IMG/VR virus record: IMGVR_UViG_2595698964_000001
Location: 64,001-128,000 of that record
Direction: 5' to 3' (one strand)
Origin: a virus
Taxonomy: Duplodnaviria > Caudoviricetes
Length of the DNA stretch: 64,000 nt
Made by a program: the position numbers and the translations under genes. Positions 59,110 to 64,000 of the stretch are shown one piece after another. The notes under the pieces were generated by a model that was not told where the DNA came from, searched no databases, and worked only from the letters and a program-made list of their open reading frames with translations. The number at the start of each line of letters is the position of its first letter. Position 1 is the first letter of the stretch.

Positions 59110-60078
59110 ATGATGAGGCTTTTAATTGACGCGAACAATATCGCGTATAGAGCAGATAAAACGCAACACTTGACTACTAAACAGGGTGAGTCTGTGGGAG
59201 CCATCTACGGCGTTATTCAGATGCTTAACTCCTACGTCAAACCTAGCGATAGTACTTATAAAAACCATATTATGGATGCGCTAAAACCTTATGTATCAGA
59301 CATTGAGAAGGGATTCACCTCTGTTGTAACTTGTTGGGATGTAGGTAAAAGTGCGTTTAGACTAAAGCTGTACCCTGATTATAAAGGACAGCGAGAAATA
59401 CGACGCGCGGAGAAGACAGAAGAGGAAAAAGAAGAGTTCAGACGACTTATTGAGCAGATGAATATACTGAGAGACTCGCTACCTATCTTTGGAGTCAAGT
59501 CGTTATCGCTACCGGGTTGGGAAGCAGATGACTTAATTTATACGACAACTCAGTTATCGACTGAACCTTGTGTCGTGGTATCTACTGATGCTGACATGCT
59601 TCAACTAGTGAGTGAAAACGTATTTGTTTGGCAACCGTTTAAATCTGTGTTATACACGCTAGATAACTTTGAAGAGTTAACTGGAGTTAAAAAGGATGTT
59701 TATTTACAGATGCGTACGTTGGTAGGTGACAGTAGCGATAATATACCGGGGATTCACGGAATTGGTCCAAAGACAGCGGCGAAACTACTGAATGAATATG
59801 GTAGTTTGGAAGGTATCATAAAAAACCACGCGGAACTTATGAAAAAGAAGACAACAGCGAGAATTTTTGAGAACATTGAGATTCTTGATCGTAATGATGC
59901 GTTGATGAATATGAACAGGATACCTTTTGAGACAATTAAACCTTATGTACAAGAGGCTTTAGAGAAGGAAGAAAGCTTTGACATGAAAGCTGTTAAGAAG
60001 TTCTTGATAAGATACCAATTTGTATCAATTTTGAAATATGTGAAACAAATGGAACAAACTTTTGGAAAACTTAGCTAA
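59110..60078 (+). CDS. 5'-3' exonuclease / flap endonuclease
   Basis: LIDAN..YR, YPDYK..R, EADD, STDADMLQL and GDSSDNIPG..GIGPKTA motifs. Confidence 0.93.
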   Translation: MMRLLIDANNIAYRADKTQHLTTKQGESVGAIYGVIQMLNSYVKPSDSTYKNHIMDALKPYVSDIEKGFTSVVTCWDVGKSAFRLKLYPDYKGQREIRRAEKTEEEKEEFRRLIEQMNILRDSLPIFGVKSLSLPGWEADDLIYTTTQLSTEPCVVVSTDADMLQLVSENVFVWQPFKSVLYTLDNFEELTGVKKDVYLQMRTLVGDSSDNIPGIHGIGPKTAAKLLNEYGSLEGIIKNHAELMKKKTTARIFENIEILDRNDALMNMNRIPFETIKPYVQEALEKEESFDMKAVKKFLIRYQFVSILKYVKQMEQTFGKLS

Positions 60079-60093
60079 AGGGGATTGGAATAA

Positions 60094-60558
60094 ATGAGTA
60101 ATTTGATGAATAGTGTAGACAGTGTAACGAATAAGGTTGAAAATTTCTTGTATCAGAACGAGGAGAGTGTACTACGTTATGTTCCGTCTAGTTGTAAGCG
60201 TCCTCAATCCTTGGTTGTTCATCTAAGATCGTTAGACTGCGGAGTATTTATTGGTACTATGACGGCTTATGACGCGAAAGGGTACAAAAGCGCTAAGGCA
60301 TTTCCGGTAGGGACATTTATGTCTATGGTTGGCGAAGTGGAAGAAGCGCTTAACGAGTTTAGTGACGACCCTATGCTGACAAAAGTGTTTGGGTATAGAC
60401 CGTCTCAGAACGTCGCAACCTTTTTAAAAGCCAAAAATGTACACCGACTGTTTTTTATTGAAGAAACTAATGTACTTGACTTTGTAAAACTTCTTAACAG
60501 CGAGAAGAACTTGAAGAAGCGTAGTAAAAAAGCTAATATGATTATTTCTGTAGAATAG
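60094..60558 (+). CDS. hypothetical protein
   Basis: 154-aa ORF within the operon. Confidence 0.6.
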   Translation: MSNLMNSVDSVTNKVENFLYQNEESVLRYVPSSCKRPQSLVVHLRSLDCGVFIGTMTAYDAKGYKSAKAFPVGTFMSMVGEVEEALNEFSDDPMLTKVFGYRPSQNVATFLKAKNVHRLFFIEETNVLDFVKLLNSEKNLKKRSKKANMIISVE

Positions 60559-60568
60559 GAGCGCGCTA

Positions 60569-61840
60569 ATGTCTAAGTTACTTGATGTTATTACAATTAT
60601 TGCTGAGTTGGAAGGTACATCGAAGAGGAACGAGAAACAAGCTATACTTGAAACCGCGAAAGGTAACGATATGTTAAAAGAGGTGTTTTACTACGCATAT
60701 AATCCCTTTCTAAGGTATCATATGAAAAAGTTTGAAGTTCCTCCTGTTAAGGAGAAAGACGTAAAAGTTAAAGATGAAAACTTTGAAAAATTCAAGAGTA
60801 TCTTAAATGAGCTACATAACAGAACCTTTACGGGTTCTGAAGCTCATAGTGTTGTTCAGACCTTTTTTGAGAAACTGACTGCTGTTGAGGTAAAGTTATT
60901 CTCAAGAATCTTGAGACAAGATTTGGATGTTGGCGTAACTGCTAAGACGTTCAATAAGACTTTCCCAAACGCGATCCCTACGTTTGAGTGTATGTTAGCG
61001 CAAGACTCAGCGAAGGTTAAGTTACAAAAACTTGGTTATGAAATGGTAATTATTGAACCAAAACTAGACGGTTATCGCTGTATCGGAGAAGTTCACGAAA
61101 CTGGTGAAGTGAAAATGCTCACGCGAAACGGAAAACCAATAAAGGGGTATAATCTAATTGAGGCTGAGCTAGCTAAACTGCCGGTTGGAGTCTATGATGG
61201 AGAGATAACAGGTGTAGACAATACGTTCTCGGGGGTACAGTCTCAAGCGTTTAAGCATGCGACAGGTAAGAAAGGTGTATACAATATCTTTGATTATGTC
61301 CCACTCGGGACATTTGACAAAGGACGCTGCGACATTCCGATTCTCGAACGTAAGAAGCTTCTTGAGAAGAACTTTGATTCTGTAGAGACAACTCCTGTTT
61401 CACTACGTCTTTGTACTTACTCTAAAGTTATGAACATCTTCAGCGAGGAGATTGAAGACACCTATGATAAGTTCTTAGGACAAGGCTATGAGGGTCTTAT
61501 GATCAAAGATGCGAACAGTCCTTACGTCTGCGGACGTCCAAACAGTTGGTTGAAAAAGGTTCCATTTATCTCTCTTGACTTAAAAGTTGTTGGATTTGAA
61601 AAAGGTGATGAGAATGGAAAATATAGAGACACATTAGGAGCTCTTGTTGTAGAATACAACGGAAATACTGTTAATGTAAGTGGAATCAAGGATAGCTTAC
61701 GAGATGAGATTTGGAAGAATCAAGATAAATACCTTGGAGCCATCGCTGAGATTCACGCAAGAGAGCCATCCAAGAACAAACACGATGAGAACTCTCTCCG
61801 TTTCCCTAGATTCAAACGCTGGCGAGAGGACAAAGAATGA
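60569..61840 (+). CDS. ATP-dependent DNA ligase
   Basis: EPKLDGYR, DGEI, IFD, EGLMIK, WLK and LRFPRF..R.DK motifs. Confidence 0.95.
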   Translation: MSKLLDVITIIAELEGTSKRNEKQAILETAKGNDMLKEVFYYAYNPFLRYHMKKFEVPPVKEKDVKVKDENFEKFKSILNELHNRTFTGSEAHSVVQTFFEKLTAVEVKLFSRILRQDLDVGVTAKTFNKTFPNAIPTFECMLAQDSAKVKLQKLGYEMVIIEPKLDGYRCIGEVHETGEVKMLTRNGKPIKGYNLIEAELAKLPVGVYDGEITGVDNTFSGVQSQAFKHATGKKGVYNIFDYVPLGTFDKGRCDIPILERKKLLEKNFDSVETTPVSLRLCTYSKVMNIFSEEIEDTYDKFLGQGYEGLMIKDANSPYVCGRPNSWLKKVPFISLDLKVVGFEKGDENGKYRDTLGALVVEYNGNTVNVSGIKDSLRDEIWKNQDKYLGAIAEIHAREPSKNKHDENSLRFPRFKRWREDKE

Positions 61841-61857
61841 CATGGGAGTGGTAACTT

Positions 61858-62187
61858 TTGGGGACGTTAAAAGAGATACTTGAACACTCGATTAAGAATA
61901 AAGCGAGAGTCCGAGGCAGATCTCATATGGAACAACTTTTTATGGAGTACCAAGAAAAGTACTCTAAGTTGATTGGTCAACCTGCCATCTGGAAAACAAG
62001 TAATAATACAAATATTAAAGTACCCCAACTAGTTGTAGTTGAAGAAGCCGGAGAGCGATTTGTCTTGTTAAAGAAAGCCACGTTCAACTTAGAAGGAGTT
62101 GAAGGACTTATAAGATACGCTGTAAGTTACACTTCAATATACTCTGGTCACGATTCGGTTAATGTTTGGAGTGATGATATTGACTAG
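61858..62187 (+). CDS. small protein coupled to sigma factor (possible late-transcription co-factor)
   Basis: Overlaps the sigma ORF; arrangement recalls SPO1 gp33/gp34. Confidence 0.55.
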   Translation: MGTLKEILEHSIKNKARVRGRSHMEQLFMEYQEKYSKLIGQPAIWKTSNNTNIKVPQLVVVEEAGERFVLLKKATFNLEGVEGLIRYAVSYTSIYSGHDSVNVWSDDID

Positions 62188-62725
62188 GGATATTAATGAG
62201 TTATTGGTTAACTATAAACCACTTATCTTGACTGTGTACAAAAAGTACAATCCCATCTTTCCTAGAATGAAGGATAAAGAAGATTTAATGTCAGAAATAA
62301 ACACCATATTCACTCAGTTAGTGTGGGAGTATAAACCTCGGAGAGGCGTTGACTTTCCTTTCTATATTAAGAAGATGCTCGAGTGGAGAACATACCATTA
62401 TGTTACAAAACAAATAAAACGTAATGATAAAGAGGTTATTGTAGGGAGCTTAACTAACGACAAAGTCAGCTTGGGTGATTCTAGGGACTCGACTTTACTG
62501 GAGGAGCTTGAACTGATTGAGAACGTTATGAGCTGGGATGACGATTTCAGGATGGGTAAGAAACAGAAACAACTGTTTATAAGTCTCCTAAGAGACAACA
62601 AGACAGTTCGACAGATAGCAGAGGAAGAGGGCGTGGATATTAGCACTATCCATACCCGTCTCCACTTCCTTATTCGGAAAATCAAGACTCAGCAAGAGCT
62701 TCAACAAGAACGTGATGAAGTATAA
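62162..62725 (+). CDS. phage sigma factor (candidate late sigma); true start may be 62174 or 62180
   Basis: YKPLI..EDL....F..LV.EY.P.RGVDF..Y region 2; TVRQIAEEEGVDISTIH region 4 HTH. Confidence 0.85.
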   Translation: MFGVMILTRDINELLVNYKPLILTVYKKYNPIFPRMKDKEDLMSEINTIFTQLVWEYKPRRGVDFPFYIKKMLEWRTYHYVTKQIKRNDKEVIVGSLTNDKVSLGDSRDSTLLEELELIENVMSWDDDFRMGKKQKQLFISLLRDNKTVRQIAEEEGVDISTIHTRLHFLIRKIKTQQELQQERDEV

Positions 62726-62735
62726 CAGTTGGTGA

Positions 62736-62801
62736 CTACTTCATTAATGCTTTCCCTATCGTCATTGCGATTAATCCGACTATTACCAGTTCGATACCCA
62801 A
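62736..62801 (-). CDS. 21-aa hydrophobic peptide (absent from ORF track)
   Basis: RBS AGGAGGG, 7 nt, TTG; MGIELVIVGLIAMTIGKALMK. Confidence 0.55.
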   Translation of the reverse strand: MGIELVIVGLIAMTIGKALMK

Positions 62802-62917
62802 AGGAAGTCCCTCCTGAAATTTATTTCATTGATATTTATGTTGAATTGGAATAAATCTCGTTTGCACCGAATAAACTCCTTTCAAGGAGTTACTTAGCCA
62901 CCAATACAGGCTACGAG

Positions 62918-62948
62918 AGACCATTGTAAAATCTACAATGGTCTTTTT
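62918..62948 (+). terminator. intrinsic terminator
   Basis: AGACCATTGTA/TACAATGGTCT followed by Ts. Confidence 0.85.
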
Positions 62949-63049
62949 CTTTATAGTTTTATTCTCTCCTGCTAGTCTCTAAATATTTATGGAATAACTA
63001 CATAAGAATGTAAATATGTATTAAGTATCCCAAAGGAGGAATGAGTTAA

Positions 63050-63148
63050 ATGTACATCATTGGGTTGACTTTATATGTAGGTGGTTTTATTATGACGACA
63101 GCCGGAACTATAGTTTGTCTAAAAAAGGTAAGGAGAGGACAACGATGA
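63050..63148 (+). CDS. 32-aa single-TM peptide
   Basis: RBS AAAGGAGG; MYIIGLTLYVGGFIMTTAGTIVCLKKVRRGQR; ATGA overlap with next gene. Confidence 0.65.
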   Translation: MYIIGLTLYVGGFIMTTAGTIVCLKKVRRGQR

Positions 63149-63555
63149 GAACCGAAACGATTGACTTCAGAACCTTTATGAAAAGACCTACAACGACAGT
63201 TACGGTAAAGAAAACAAAGTTCAATAAAAAGAAACTAATAAAAACGACTATAAAAATTGGAGTAACTTCTGTTGTAATCTTGAGTGCGTTACCTATCCCT
63301 GTGGGAGCTGTTGAGGCGGTCGCTACGGCTGCTACTGAAACAGAAGGAGCTTTTGGTGCTGGTGGTTGGGAGACGCTCATAAATAAGTTACTTGACCTGC
63401 TAGACCCGATAGCTAAAATATTTGGAATGATTGCTGGTGTCGCGATTATGACAGGAAACGGAAAGATTGGACTCGAGCGTCTACTATGGTTATCCCTTGG
63501 TTACATCACGACAAGAAATGTTGATCACTGGATCGCGTTCCTGAGCACGTTATAA
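63145..63555 (+). CDS. TrbC/VirB2 pilin-like membrane protein
   Basis: ATG 63145 with RBS AAGGAGAGG; basic leader, hydrophobic signal ending AVEA, then two hydrophobic helices. Confidence 0.55.
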   Translation: MRTETIDFRTFMKRPTTTVTVKKTKFNKKKLIKTTIKIGVTSVVILSALPIPVGAVEAVATAATETEGAFGAGGWETLINKLLDLLDPIAKIFGMIAGVAIMTGNGKIGLERLLWLSLGYITTRNVDHWIAFLSTL

Positions 63556-63567
63556 GGAGGGGTTTAG

Positions 63568-63660
63568 ATGCTTACAACGATAGTTAGTGCCGCAAAGACC
63601 TTTTCAGAGACGCTTATGTTAGTCGGTCTTATTTTAAGCGTAATCACGTTTCTTCTATAA
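63568..63660 (+). CDS. 30-aa hydrophobic peptide
   Basis: RBS AAGGAGG; MLTTIVSAAKTFSETLMLVGLILSVITFLL. Confidence 0.65.
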   Translation: MLTTIVSAAKTFSETLMLVGLILSVITFLL

Positions 63661-63672
63661 GGAGTGAATAAA

Positions 63673-64000
63673 ATGAGGTTCGTTTTAGCTGAATCCAACG
63701 TATTAGTTCCTGACAATCTTAAAGAGGGCGTAGAGCCCGCAAAGGAGGCTTCTAAGGGTTTCTTTCAAGAAGGACTATCATCTGTGTCTGGAGCGATTTT
63801 AGACCTGTTTAAACCAATAGGAGAAGCGTTAGGAGACGGAATGTATTTACTCTTCCAAAATCTTCTCGCTCACCTCCCTTTAACTTTAACCGTTGTTGGG
63901 ATGTGTCTATTTGTCCTCAGCATATTTGAGGGGCGCGCGAGGTTTTACAGTTGGGGTCTAACCTCTTGGGCGCTAAGTGCTGTAATTAGAATAATTGGAC
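63673..64000 (+). CDS. membrane protein (3' truncated)
   Basis: RBS AAGGAGTGA; MRFVLAESN... with C-terminal TM helices; open to the window end. Confidence 0.7.
   Translation, partial: MRFVLAESNVLVPDNLKEGVEPAKEASKGFFQEGLSSVSGAILDLFKPIGEALGDGMYLLFQNLLAHLPLTLTVVGMCLFVLSIFEGRARFYSWGLTSWALSAVIRIIG

Noticed and set aside
62980-63010. Sporulation sigma (sigE/sigK) promoter before the membrane cassette
   Set aside because: CATAAGAAT and the upstream spacing fit the consensus poorly
5210-63477. Avoidance of restriction sites such as CTCGAG or GGCC
   Set aside because: Sites are readily seen (CTCGAG at 5210, 12594, 63472); depletion cannot be claimed without counting
1-64000. tRNA, rRNA, IS elements, integrase
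   Set aside because: None recognisable by eye; tRNAscan-SE would be needed to exclude tRNAs

Overview
64 kb from a lytic Bacillus myophage of the SPO1/Herelleviridae type. Gene content and order match my recollection of Bacillus phage SP10, which carries alpha-glutamylthymine DNA; this identification is from memory and was not searched. Almost all genes are on the + strand. 1-28 kb is the virion module: prohead protease end, scaffold, major capsid, neck, sheath, tube, tail chaperones with a +1 frameshift, tape measure/lysin, baseplate and tail fibre. 28-42 kb is replication and nucleotide supply: helicases, Mre11/Rad50, primase, dUTPase, resolvase and nrdIEF. 42.5-45.6 kb holds sigA-driven genes and a phage sigma factor. 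45.6-55.6 kb is a thymine hypermodification cluster: an unusual thymidylate-synthase-like/radical-SAM-like fusion, a 5hmU-DNA kinase fused to aGPT-Pplase1, dUMP hydroxymethylase, a Nmad1/MazG-like protein, HU and a family-A polymerase with a degenerate UDG domain. 56-62.7 kb encodes UvsY-like, SSB, RecA, 5'-3' exonuclease, ligase and a second sigma factor. The window ends in a cassette of small membrane proteins including a VirB2/TrbC-pilin-like protein. The most notable observations are (i) the 897-aa TS-like/rSAM-like fusion, a candidate for the DNA-level hmU-to-T step or another base modification, (ii) a 42-bp G-U-rich hairpin with an anti-SD loop upstream of ssb, (iii) a six-copy phage-specific promoter motif, TAAACTTTG-N9-CTTTATT, and (iv) the pilin-like membrane cassette.
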